A stretch of 64,000 bases of DNA from positions 240,113 through 304,112 of the forward strand of contig CBFHOE010000007.1 in NCBI GenBank assembly GCA_965657355.1, given 5' to 3'. Below the pieces are notes generated by a model. That model ran no database searches. It was given only the letters and a program-made list of their open reading frames with translations, and was not told the origin of the DNA. The position numbers and the translations under genes are program-made. How positions within the stretch are numbered: the first letter of the stretch is position 1; every line of letters begins with the position of its first letter. Positions 43,795-52,826 of this stretch are shown in pieces. This DNA comes from Limisphaerales bacterium (GTDB lineage: Bacteria > Verrucomicrobiota > Verrucomicrobiia > Limisphaerales > JAJOIW01).

Positions 43795-44796
43795 TCATTC
43801 CCCTTCAGATTTCAATTCTTCACCGGTCTTGCCTCCGTGTTTGCGGAGGAGGTCGGGAACACTCAAAAAGATTTCACTAACTATGCAAGGTTTTGTCTCT
43901 GAATCATTATCTACAAACAAAGACACAGGTTTTGCTTCTTTACAGGTTTGAAGTTTGTACCTCTTTGTGCCAAACAATCTATGTTCACGTTGTGTTCCGA
44001 CGTGTTCTCCGTTAATATATTTATTGATTACCAGAAAATCTGAATCTTCCTTAACCTCTATAATGAACCAATTAAATTCATCATTAATAATTTTTTCACT
44101 TCCAACGTAATCACCCAAGATACCAATACCTTCGTTATCCTTAACATAAATCTCAGCATCTGCTTTATATTTTAAGTTTTGTTCTTCAGTGGCATAAAAT
44201 CCATCTGGGTGAGGTTGTCCAGTATCAAAAACACTGAAATATTCACTTGTTGAGTTACTTAATATTTTAACTTTTACACCAATGACATATTCGCTAAATA
44301 ACTCTTCGCCTAAGCCATTATGCTCTAAGCGCACACTTAGACTTTCATTTGGATTTAAACCAGGAATAGCCAATCCCCCTTTTCCATTAGGTCTAGCTTG
44401 TTCAATATTAACCCTTAAAATTAAGGGCATTCCTGCTGTTGTCTTTATCGATGCTTTGCTATTATGAACTTCATTAAATTCCCACCTAGCAAGAAGTTTA
44501 TGTGTGACGTTTGACACAGTACCATCAGAGTTGAATGTTAACTTAGCTTTCAATTCTTCAGATGTCTTACCGCCGTGTTTGCGGAGTAGGTCGGCGATTT
44601 CTTCGTCATCGGGCAAATCTAGTGGTGTTGTGCCATCATCATCCTTCGCATTCACATCCGTACCAGCAGCGATGTGTTGTTTGACAGCTTCGATGTTTCC
44701 TGACTCGGCAGCAGCGTGAATTGAGATGTCTGGTGCTTTGGGAGGCCCACACCCCACCTGCACCAAGGCTGCGATTGTGATTAATAGTTGTTTCAT
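43795..44796 (-). CDS. Ankyrin-family putative lipoprotein with inserted beta-rich (LamG-like) domain
   Basis: MKQLLITIAA..VGC, ISIHAAAESGNIEAVKQHIAAGTDVNAKDDDGTTPLD, duplicated DLLRKHGGKTxEELK. Confidence 0.8.
   Translation of the reverse strand: MKQLLITIAALVQVGCGPPKAPDISIHAAAESGNIEAVKQHIAAGTDVNAKDDDGTTPLDLPDDEEIADLLRKHGGKTSEELKAKLTFNSDGTVSNVTHKLLARWEFNEVHNSKASIKTTAGMPLILRVNIEQARPNGKGGLAIPGLNPNESLSVRLEHNGLGEELFSEYVIGVKVKILSNSTSEYFSVFDTGQPHPDGFYATEEQNLKYKADAEIYVKDNEGIGILGDYVGSEKIINDEFNWFIIEVKEDSDFLVINKYINGEHVGTQREHRLFGTKRYKLQTCKEAKPVSLFVDNDSETKPCIVSEIFLSVPDLLRKHGGKTGEELKSEGE
43810..44594. repeat. 47-bp direct repeat pair (43810-43856 and 44548-44594)
   Basis: 41/47 identical by manual alignment; both copies encode DLLRKHGGKTxEELK. 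Confidence 0.85.
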
Positions 44797-44851
44797 TTTT
44801 TGTGTTTTTTGTTGAATGAAGAATTGAGTTAATCACCGAAGCCACGACTTA

Positions 44852-44869
44852 ATGTTAATTTTTTAACAT
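44852..44869. promoter_or_regulatory. Palindrome upstream of the ankyrin gene, possible operator
   Basis: ATGTTAA-TTTT-TTAACAT. Confidence 0.35.
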
Positions 44870-45129
44870 CCAAAATTTGCCAAACATAAAGTCATGGTTT
44901 GATGATAAATCAATCCCCGTGTGTATAACTGACAGAATTGTGAAGTGCAATGGTAGCCTATGGGAGGCACTAGAATTTCACACGGTAGACTTTTTTGCCC
45001 TTAAAATTTTATATGATAAAACTCGCTTTCAAATTTTTAATGCACTTTTAATGAACGAATAATTTCTACAAAAATGTCAGTTGCCCACAAACGCTTTCTT
45101 TCAATGCATCGCCAATGCATCCTCTTTTT

Positions 45130-45360
45130 TAATCATAAACGCTTATGTTCACTTACTACCTTTGCAGAACAACGTTAATTTCAGGTTTGTTTATGGCGGT
45201 TTGAGTCACTATCGGCACATTCAGGAACTTAGTTTGATTCGACTATGATGAAAGTTTGCAGGAGAGCCGAATGCGGGAAATCTGCACGTCCGGTTCGACA
45301 AGGGGGAATGGTGGGAGTGATGATGTTGCTCGAAGCATCGCCCGTCATTCTCAGCTCTAC
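45130..45360 (+). mobile_element. Group II intron 3' remnant (decayed IEP C-terminus plus domains V and VI)
   Basis: DV GAGCCGAATGCGG-GAAA-TCTGCACGTCCGGTTC at 45264-45296 (AGC triad, GNRA loop, AC bulge); DVI ending CTCTAC at 45360; upstream frame ends ..HYRHIQELSLIRL* at 45248. Confidence 0.85.
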
Positions 45361-45447
45361 CGTCTCTAGCACAGCGGGCTTGAGAAAATACCAAGCGAAC
45401 AGATTTATTTGCGCAATCACTTTTGGCAACTGCTACAGGCAGAACAC

Positions 45448-46248
45448 TTACGTTCCTGGGATGATTAGTCCATCGGGTTGACGGTATGTGAGCGATGGGA
45501 GCTCAAGGACGGTGTGGTCTCGTGTAGTGAAAATGTTTTTTGGTTGAGCTTGAAAGTTTTCCTCGAGCCAAGCTTCACTGCGGTCACTTAGATGGATGAG
45601 GTAAATGTGTGTGTTCGGAAGGCTGCTGGATACTTCAAGAATTTGATCGAAGTTGGTGTGGGTTGGATTTGTTTTGACCTGACCGCAATCGTTGGAATCA
45701 ATTGCCAGGGCTTGTGGTTGCCACTCTTTTAAGAAGGCCAGAGTATCTCCCGGAACGCCGTTAGTGTCGGAAATATAGGCAAATCTGGCGTCCTTCGTTT
45801 CGATGCAATAACCGAGGGCTGGGCAGCCGTGAGACAGTCCAACAGGGGTGACCTTGCCACTGCTCAAATTGAACGGGTTGCGGTGGCTGACTTGTTCAAA
45901 TTCCAAGCTGCCTTGGAATTTGGAGAAATCGGAGGTCGCTGGGGGAGGTTCGGGCGCATAAACTTTCGTTCGGGCATTCCGGCTCCAGGCAAATGGATGC
46001 AGCCCGTGGCAATGGTCGCTGTGGAAGTGGGATAACAGGATCCCTGACAGCGTTTCGGGTGCTACAAAGTCCGACAAGTCCTGTCGTCCGGCATCGATCG
46101 CAATGGTGGTTCCATCGAGTTCTAAAAGCAGGCAGGCGCAATGTCGGCGAAAAAAAGGATTCTGTCTTGCCCTCTCACAGATACGACAGGTGCAGCCGTA
46201 GACCGGGATGCCTCGTGCGTTCGCTGTTCCTAGAAATGTGATTTTCAT
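45448..46248 (-). CDS. phnP: Phosphoribosyl 1,2-cyclic phosphate phosphodiesterase (MBL fold)
   Basis: FLGT, PVYGCTCRIC, SHFHSDH, IHLS. Confidence 0.9.
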   Translation of the reverse strand: MKITFLGTANARGIPVYGCTCRICERARQNPFFRRHCACLLLELDGTTIAIDAGRQDLSDFVAPETLSGILLSHFHSDHCHGLHPFAWSRNARTKVYAPEPPPATSDFSKFQGSLEFEQVSHRNPFNLSSGKVTPVGLSHGCPALGYCIETKDARFAYISDTNGVPGDTLAFLKEWQPQALAIDSNDCGQVKTNPTHTNFDQILEVSSSLPNTHIYLIHLSDRSEAWLEENFQAQPKNIFTTRDHTVLELPSLTYRQPDGLIIPGT

Positions 46249-46901
46249 ATGCGCGAGTATCTCTTTATAAATTGTTCGACGTCGTTGAATTCTTTGATGC
46301 GGTTTTTGATCGTGTCACGATCCCAGTTCCACCAGGCAATTTCGAGCAACTTGGATGCGATGTGCGCTGGGAAGCGTTCACGAATCGGTTTTGCAGGTAC
46401 TCCGGCAACAACGTTGTATGGAGGGACGTCTTTCGTGACCACGGCGCCGGCTCCCACGATGGAACCTGTTCCGATTTTGACTCCTGGCATGATCGTGGCA
46501 GTATGGCCTATCCAGACGTCATGACCGATCACACAGCGATAGGACCGTCGCCAATCGAAAAAGGACTCGTCATCCTGGTCTGCGAATCCGTATTTTTCCA
46601 AACGATACAGCATGTGGTGTTGGCAGGCGCGTTCCATGGGGTGGTTGCCGGGATTGATTCTTACATGTGATGCCAGATTCACAAACTTTCCAATATCGGA
46701 GTAGATGATAGTCACATCACCGGCTGTGTAACTGAAATCGTCAAAGGTCGATTCGACCAGACGTGTATTCGCCATCAACTCCGTCCAGGCTCCGATTTTG
46801 CTGCGTACCACACTGCAGCTTGGATGGATGTTTGGGTTTTGCTGCAGGCGCTTCGGCGCTCTTGCGGCAGTTTCGGGAGGGAATGAATCGACCCATTCCA
46901 T
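46245..46901 (-). CDS. Hexapeptide-repeat (LbH/XAT) acetyltransferase associated with phn clusters
   Basis: RINPGNHPM.R..HH..YR, DDESFFDWRR, IGHDVWIG, VTKDV; ATG 46901 lies 1 nt after the phnM stop. Confidence 0.87.
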   Translation of the reverse strand: MEWVDSFPPETAARAPKRLQQNPNIHPSCSVVRSKIGAWTELMANTRLVESTFDDFSYTAGDVTIIYSDIGKFVNLASHVRINPGNHPMERACQHHMLYRLEKYGFADQDDESFFDWRRSYRCVIGHDVWIGHTATIMPGVKIGTGSIVGAGAVVTKDVPPYNVVAGVPAKPIRERFPAHIASKLLEIAWWNWDRDTIKNRIKEFNDVEQFIKRYSRI

Positions 46902-46902
46902 A

Positions 46903-48168
46903 TCAGGTCTGCGGAGTTGTTGTGGTTGTTTGGAGTTGCAGATTTTCGCGATGGGTACGTGGTCCGTCTGGTGCGATTTGTGGTCGACCGGCGCTAAGCG
47001 TGGCTTTGGAGTAGTTAGCGGCCAGGCCATCGCTGTAGATTGGTATGCCTGCGCTCAGGGTCGCTCTGACGCGAGGCCAAGGGGCGGGTGTCGCCAACAC
47101 GAGATCCGCACGTTTGCCCGCTGCGAGTTCGCCCCGGTCGTGGAGTCCGATGGCTTTGGCTGGGTTGGTGGAGATCATGCGGATGCCTGCTTCGAGTGGC
47201 AGGATTTTTTCGGACGCCATTTTAAAGGCTGCGAGGATCAAGCCGGGCGGATAATAATCAGATGCAAGCATGTCCAGACACCCTTCTGCGGCAGCATCCC
47301 GTGCACTGAGGTTGGCGTTGTGGGACGCGCCACGATAGGCGTTGGGACCGCCCATCAAGGTGGTTAGCCCGAGTTGCCGGGCATGCGTCGCCGCCTCCAT
47401 GGTGACCGGAAATTCTGAGATTTGAACGCCCAGGCTCTGCATCAATTGGACTTTCTCAACGGTATCATCGTCGTGGGAAGCCAGCGGAACACTGCGTTGG
47501 ATGGCCAGTTCGGTCACTCTTCGGACAGCTTCCCACCCTTTCGGGCGTGCCTGAGCTTTTTCGATGCGTTTGAGCAGCATTTCTCGGGTGACCACCCCGT
47601 TTTCGGTGCGTTTGGCCCATTCGAGTGAGAAGTCGATATATCCTTCGATGTCCCGATATTGCCCTTGGCCAGGTGTGTGATCCATCACAGAGACCAGGTG
47701 GATTTGGTTTGTTTCCAACAAGTCTTCCAAGACGGCTCCCGCTCTTTCGTTGGTGATTTCAAACCGGGCATGCACGTATGTGTCGACCATCAGATCAGGT
47801 CGCATGGAATTGACCGTCTTGATCAATTTGCGTGCGCTTTCTTCTGAACGAAGGTCGTGGTCTTTGAACCATGCAAAAGAGATGGCAGCAAAGGCGGTGG
47901 TAATGCCTGAACTGGCCAGGCGTTTGTCCACTTCGCATAGGGCGATTTCATGGGGGATATTGGCAGAAGGCCGTGGGTGTACTTCCCGTTCCAACATGTC
48001 TCCGTGAAGGTCGACAAATCCGGGCAGAGCGAGCATACCACCCAGATCGATGGCATCCTTTGGTGCAGTTCCCTCTTTAACTTCCATAATGATTCCGTTT
48101 TCAATGCAGATGGAACCGCGCTCAAGAAATCCTGCGGGCGTGAGTATTTTTAAATTCGTCAACCACAT
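46903..48168 (-). CDS. phnM: Alpha-D-ribose 1-methylphosphonate 5-triphosphate diphosphatase
   Basis: PGFVDLHGD, DHTPGQGQ, ASHDD, SEFP, ASDY. Confidence 0.95.
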   Translation of the reverse strand: MWLTNLKILTPAGFLERGSICIENGIIMEVKEGTAPKDAIDLGGMLALPGFVDLHGDMLEREVHPRPSANIPHEIALCEVDKRLASSGITTAFAAISFAWFKDHDLRSEESARKLIKTVNSMRPDLMVDTYVHARFEITNERAGAVLEDLLETNQIHLVSVMDHTPGQGQYRDIEGYIDFSLEWAKRTENGVVTREMLLKRIEKAQARPKGWEAVRRVTELAIQRSVPLASHDDDTVEKVQLMQSLGVQISEFPVTMEAATHARQLGLTTLMGGPNAYRGASHNANLSARDAAAEGCLDMLASDYYPPGLILAAFKMASEKILPLEAGIRMISTNPAKAIGLHDRGELAAGKRADLVLATPAPWPRVRATLSAGIPIYSDGLAANYSKATLSAGRPQIAPDGPRTHRENLQLQTTTTTPQT

Positions 48169-48177
48169 GGTAAAGTC

Positions 48178-48921
48178 CTATTCCTTTTCAACGTTCAGCG
48201 TGTCGTCCACCAGATCGGACAAATCTTCATCGTGATGAAACACGCAGATCATGGTCACGCCTTCTTCTTTTAGTTCGGCCAATCGCTGGTGGATGGCGCC
48301 GCGCGCGGTTTTGTCGAGCGAGGCAGTGGGCTCATCCAGTAGCAACAAGCGTCTGGGAACGCTCAATCCTTGTGCGAGATTGACACGCTGTTGCTCTCCG
48401 CCCGAAAAGGTGCCTGGAAAAGCGTTCCAAAGTTTGGGGTTCAATCCAAAACGACTTAGCAGGGCGGAGGCTCGTTCCGTGGCCTCCTCCTTGGTTACGT
48501 TTTGTTTTCTCAACGGTTCGGAAACCAGGTCCAGAGCCGACACGCGTGGTCGGGGGCGCAGGAATTGCACGACGTATCCAATTTCGCGATCCCGTAGCGA
48601 CGCGATGTCGATGTCGGGAGCGTTTGCCAAGTCGATCTGGCCCGATTCCGATCGGTAGATGGCCTTTCCGCTCGTGACGCGATACGTGCGATAAAGGCAT
48701 CGTAACAGCGTTGATTTACCGTGTCCGTTTGCTCCGGTGATGCGTAGGAACTGGCCTTGTTCTAATTGGAAATTCAATCCTTCGAAAACCGGGATTTGTC
48801 GGCTGAGATGATGTATCAAGAATGTCTTGGAGAGTTCGGACACTTCGAGCAACGGTTTTTGGTGCTCGTTCGAACCTGAACCAAAGGGTGATTTTTCCTG
48901 GAGTGGGTATTCTGTGGCCAT
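48178..48921 (-). CDS. phnL: C-P lyase ABC-type ATPase PhnL
   Basis: SKTFLIH, GANGHGKS, LW.AFPGTFSGGEQQRVNLA, DEPTASLD. Confidence 0.93.
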   Translation of the reverse strand: MATEYPLQEKSPFGSGSNEHQKPLLEVSELSKTFLIHHLSRQIPVFEGLNFQLEQGQFLRITGANGHGKSTLLRCLYRTYRVTSGKAIYRSESGQIDLANAPDIDIASLRDREIGYVVQFLRPRPRVSALDLVSEPLRKQNVTKEEATERASALLSRFGLNPKLWNAFPGTFSGGEQQRVNLAQGLSVPRRLLLLDEPTASLDKTARGAIHQRLAELKEEGVTMICVFHHDEDLSDLVDDTLNVEKE

Positions 48922-48931
48922 AAGTGGTTTT

Positions 48932-49720
48932 CTATAGTTTGGCGTATACCAGTTGTTGAGTGTAAGCCTCTTGAGGGTCTTCGAGAACTTGATCCGTCAA
49001 ACCTTCTTCCACAATTTCACCATGTCGCATGACGATCATTCGATCAGTCAGAGCGCGGATCACCCCCAGATCATGTGAAACCAAAATCATGGTGACACCC
49101 GTTTCTTGTTGCAGTCTTCTAAAAGTGTCCAAGACGCGAGCCTGCACCGAAACGTCCAGGCCGCTGGTCGGTTCATCCAGCAAGATGATGGAAGGTTTCA
49201 TGGCGATGGCTTTGGCGAGCTGAACGCGTTGTTGCATGCCGCCGGAAAGGTGAATGGGCAATGCATCCATGCGGTCCAGAGGAAACTCGGATGTCGCCAG
49301 AGCATCGCTTGCTGCTGAACGCAGGCGACTGAAAGAACGTTCTCCGGAGATGAGAAGACGTCCCGCGATGTTTCCGCTGCTTGTGTGGTGCATATGCAGT
49401 CCGATGTGCGGATGTTGGTAAACGATGCCGAGGTATTGATTGGTGATGTCTCGTCTCTGCATGCGGTCGAGTTCAAAGAGATTGGTTTGCGGAACGCCAT
49501 CAATGTTCAGTTGGTAAAAGCCATTCTCAGGTTGTTCTTCCAAATTCAACAGTCGCAGCAATGTGGATTTACCTGAGCCGGATTCTCCTACAATGCCGAA
49601 TACTTCACCTCGGAGCACCTTCAGGTTTACTGCGTGCAGGGCACGGAGAATGCCGTAGTTTTTGCTCAATCCCTCGGCTTCCAAAATATAATCGTTCATA
49701 GTGCTGTTGCCGTAGCTCAT
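48932..49720 (-). CDS. phnK: C-P lyase ABC-type ATPase PhnK
   Basis: GESGSGKS, LSGGMQQRVQLA, LDVSVQA, GLTDQVLEDPQ.AYTQQLV. Confidence 0.95.
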   Translation of the reverse strand: MSYGNSTMNDYILEAEGLSKNYGILRALHAVNLKVLRGEVFGIVGESGSGKSTLLRLLNLEEQPENGFYQLNIDGVPQTNLFELDRMQRRDITNQYLGIVYQHPHIGLHMHHTSSGNIAGRLLISGERSFSRLRSAASDALATSEFPLDRMDALPIHLSGGMQQRVQLAKAIAMKPSIILLDEPTSGLDVSVQARVLDTFRRLQQETGVTMILVSHDLGVIRALTDRMIVMRHGEIVEEGLTDQVLEDPQEAYTQQLVYAKL

Positions 49721-50694
49721 TTCTTGGATTCTGATTTCAAAAATCCCGGATGATAAAACTGTCCTTGATCATCGAAATAGGTTGGGCCAGGGGCGGCGGA
49801 TTCTGGTTGTTGTTGTTTTCGAAGGAGTGTCTGCAGGTATCCGGTGTCTGAGAGTTCGTGCAGGGAGCTGCCATCGTCTAGGGGAATTTCGTTCATGAAT
49901 TTGTGGCGCACTTTGGATTGATGACAGATCCAGTCGGCCTGGTTTTCCACCTGGAAGTATCGGTCTGAAAACTCAAGGGGCTGGACTGAAGTCAAAGGAG
50001 GCACGGCGTAAATTCGTTTTTCGCGTCCGGCAGACAGGATGGTCAGGTTCTGTGCCATGTGCAGTTTGGGGGTATCCCACCGGGGGATGGGGCTCGGACT
50101 CATGATGTGTCGCTGATTGACCATGGCGGGATAGCTGGCGCCCTGGATGAATCGACCATAACGCACCAGCTGTTCATAAAGTTTTAGCCACATCATTCCG
50201 TAATCTTTGTATGCATGCAGTTCACGTGCCTTGGAGATATTGAACTCCACGCCCCGGAGCGGTTCCGGATCCGGGACCTGGAGGACCAGGATCTGGTCGC
50301 GCTTCAAGATTTCTTCGGGGATTCGGTGGCGACTTTGAATGATAGTGGATTTCTGTGTGTCGGTGGTTGTATTCACGCTGCACATGCGTGAAATGAAGCG
50401 CCTGAGATTGGCAGCATTGACGGAGTCATCAGCGCCTTGGTCGATGACCTTGACGACATCCGAAGGTCCGACGAGGGACAGTGTGGCCTGCAGTCCACCG
50501 GTTCCCCAACCCCGTGCAATAGGCATCTCGCGACTTCCGTAGGGAACCTGATAACCGGGAATGGCGATGGCTTTGAGAATACGTCTGCGAATTTCCCTTT
50601 TGGATGCAGCGTCCAGAAAACCATAAGAATAGGTTTTTTGAGGTTCGACCAAGTCAGAAAGTTTTTTTGGTTTTGAGGAATCAGGATGCATCAT
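49717..50694 (-). CDS. phnJ: PhnJ homolog (C-P lyase catalytic subunit) lacking three of four canonical Cys
   Basis: AIPGYQVP, EMP..RGWGTGG, KVIDQG.DD, RHRIPE, PSPIP, AGREKRIYAVPP; C-terminal Cys motif degenerate. Confidence 0.93.
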   Translation of the reverse strand: MMHPDSSKPKKLSDLVEPQKTYSYGFLDAASKREIRRRILKAIAIPGYQVPYGSREMPIARGWGTGGLQATLSLVGPSDVVKVIDQGADDSVNAANLRRFISRMCSVNTTTDTQKSTIIQSRHRIPEEILKRDQILVLQVPDPEPLRGVEFNISKARELHAYKDYGMMWLKLYEQLVRYGRFIQGASYPAMVNQRHIMSPSPIPRWDTPKLHMAQNLTILSAGREKRIYAVPPLTSVQPLEFSDRYFQVENQADWICHQSKVRHKFMNEIPLDDGSSLHELSDTGYLQTLLRKQQQPESAAPGPTYFDDQGQFYHPGFLKSESKK

Positions 50695-51805
50695 CGGCTC
50701 CTTCCATTTGAGATGGGGTGGTTTTTTCCTGTTTTGGCAAAGCAGTCTGTTCTTTCTTTTTTCGCACTTCCCTTAAGTTGTCGAGTGTGCTGGCGAAGGT
50801 GACGTAATGAGGGAGTTTGTAATGCACGCAAAATCCGGAGGATTCGACAATGTCGGTGTGGTAAAGCACATATTCTTCGGTGTGCGACGGATGCGGTTCC
50901 GGGAGATCCATGGCCATGTCGAGCATGGAAGCTGCGATGATCTTGATCTCGTTCCAGCCCATCGTGGCAGCAAATCCCAGGTCCAGTTTCCCTTCCTTTT
51001 GCTTTTCCGAGAAGGTGGAGACGACCTCGCCCTGGCAGGTGCGAATCTTGCCGAGACAAAAGGTGACGCCCGTTTTGGGGTGTTTCATTTCGACATTGGC
51101 ATAGGACAATCTGAGTTCATTCACCGTGGGGTGGACTGATCCATAGCCACGCATGTTGGCGTAACCCAGCGCTAAAACGCCGCCGGTATCTGCACGAGCC
51201 AGCGCCTGCAAACGATGTTCGCGCGGTGCTGGGATAAGCAGGGGCTCTTGTGTCAGGTCAGGGATGTCTTTTGCAGCTGTTTCTGATGCCGTGGATAGAT
51301 CATCAATCAACCCGTGCTTCTTCTGCCAACTTGTCAAAAAGGGCATGGACTTGGATGCCGCTGTTTCGGCCAAAGTGGTTTCTTTGGGGAATGTTGATGG
51401 ATAGTCATCGAGAACATCCAACTGGAGCAGTCGATGACTGTAGTCCAGGCTTGGGCCCAGAAACTGTCCGCCTGGGATATCTTTGAATGCTGCGGAAATA
51501 CGCCGAACGGTGGTCGTTCGTTTTTCTGTCAGCGTTTCTGCAAATCCAAGACGAGGCAGAGTGGTGCGATAAGCGCGAAGGATCAAAACGGCCTCACTCA
51601 AGTCACCACCCGTCTGTGCAATGGCCAATGCTGCAAGTTCCCTTGCATACATCGCTGCCTCCCCCATCACACGATCCACCAGGTAGGGCAGACCTTTCAG
51701 GATGGCGTTTACGGTATCTTTTGTAGTTCCGCCTTTGAGTTCTTGATAAAATAGTTCTGATTGGGCGATCGCTTCTTCGCCGCCCTTGGTAGCTACGTAA
51801 GCCAT
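50681..51805 (-). CDS. phnI: C-P lyase complex subunit PhnI
   Basis: YVATKGGE, RRISAAFKDIPGGQ, RGYG..HP, HYKLPHYVTF. Confidence 0.95.
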   Translation of the reverse strand: MAYVATKGGEEAIAQSELFYQELKGGTTKDTVNAILKGLPYLVDRVMGEAAMYARELAALAIAQTGGDLSEAVLILRAYRTTLPRLGFAETLTEKRTTTVRRISAAFKDIPGGQFLGPSLDYSHRLLQLDVLDDYPSTFPKETTLAETAASKSMPFLTSWQKKHGLIDDLSTASETAAKDIPDLTQEPLLIPAPREHRLQALARADTGGVLALGYANMRGYGSVHPTVNELRLSYANVEMKHPKTGVTFCLGKIRTCQGEVVSTFSEKQKEGKLDLGFAATMGWNEIKIIAASMLDMAMDLPEPHPSHTEEYVLYHTDIVESSGFCVHYKLPHYVTFASTLDNLREVRKKKEQTALPKQEKTTPSQMEGADDAS

Positions 51806-51814
51806 GTTGAATGC

Positions 51815-52390
51815 TCAGGATGTTTTGGTGATGTTTGTGGATCGTGGGATCCCTAAAATTTGATTGCCAGTTAAGACATAAATATCCCAGCCGATCGGGT
51901 ACGTTCTTTTGGCATTGCGGAGATCCCAAAAGGCTTCTGGAATGCCTCCAAAGTGGCAGATATTTTGACCTTCGATGCCTGGTCCTTGTAAGGTGTATAC
52001 TTGATCTTTTTGGTTGGTGCCTCTGATAAAAATGGTTGCACTGCGATCAGGAAACAGGTGGTCGCCAAGTGGCAAACTCTCAAGTTCCTGCATCAAACTG
52101 TCGTTCCATTCGGAAGCAAACACATATTCCGCCTGGTTCATGGAGCTTGGAATGCCGCATTTGGCGGCGATCTTTGTCGATAGCTGGCTATTGTCTGCGA
52201 AAAAACGTGTTTCGCGATCAAATAGGGTTTCAGCAATGCATACGGCTGCTTCGCTAAATGATTCGCAGGATTCATCCGTGTTTGAAATCGCGAGCGTCTG
52301 GAGTTCGCTGGGGCGGCAAAGCGCATTCATAAGCGTGTAAAACACAGCTCGCGTGCGTTCATCTTCCGGAGTGTAAGCGGGTGTTACCAT
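51815..52390 (-). CDS. phnH: C-P lyase complex subunit PhnH
   Basis: ALCRP, TLFDRET, PDRSAT, LQGPGI, YPIG.D, GIPRST. Confidence 0.9.
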   Translation of the reverse strand: MVTPAYTPEDERTRAVFYTLMNALCRPSELQTLAISNTDESCESFSEAAVCIAETLFDRETRFFADNSQLSTKIAAKCGIPSSMNQAEYVFASEWNDSLMQELESLPLGDHLFPDRSATIFIRGTNQKDQVYTLQGPGIEGQNICHFGGIPEAFWDLRNAKRTYPIGWDIYVLTGNQILGIPRSTNITKTS

Positions 52391-52824
52391 TCAAAGGTCT
52401 CCATTTTGACTTGGGTGGATTGGACTTTTTTCATCAACTGCTCTTCCTCCTGAAGGAGCTTGGTTTCTAATTCCAAGACGAAGGGCTCCACAGTTTCAGC
52501 AAATCGATTTCCCTGGACGCATGCATCCACGAGCGCAATGGCGATGGCGAGTTCCAGGTCGCGTCCGAGAACAGCAGCATATCCGGTGATACCGTCTGCT
52601 TCGATTTCCGCTTCGGCGGTCAGGGCTTCTCCCAGAATAAATGGTTTGGACGTAACCGCATCCTCAATGGGGACTGCGATCGAGCCGACCCTGTTCTTGA
52701 TAGTCTTGACCGTTTCGATTTGAGGAAGGATTTTATCTTCCGTAAATGCTTTGATCGTCTTTGGATCACTTTGACATAACACGCTCAAGTATCGTGATTG
52801 ATCGAATGTTGGGGAGTAGGTCAT
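52384..52824 (-). CDS. phnG: C-P lyase complex subunit PhnG
   Basis: PFILGEA..AE, GYAAVLGRD, A.VDA, STQVK.ETF; position in operon. Confidence 0.87.
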   Translation of the reverse strand: MTYSPTFDQSRYLSVLCQSDPKTIKAFTEDKILPQIETVKTIKNRVGSIAVPIEDAVTSKPFILGEALTAEAEIEADGITGYAAVLGRDLELAIAIALVDACVQGNRFAETVEPFVLELETKLLQEEEQLMKKVQSTQVKMETFEW

Positions 52825-52826
52825 TT

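Noticed and set aside
44877..45062. 61-aa ORF between the ankyrin gene and the intron remnant
   Set aside because: TTG start, no RBS or motif; probably debris
46902..47030. Longer N-terminus of the acetyltransferase given by the ORF track
   Set aside because: It overlaps phnM; ATG 46901 just after the phnM stop is the better start
49834..49926. Selenocysteine or frameshift explanation for the missing PhnJ cysteines
   Set aside because: The codons are TCC, CTC and CTG, and the frame aligns continuously (NEIPLDDG, SDT.Y)
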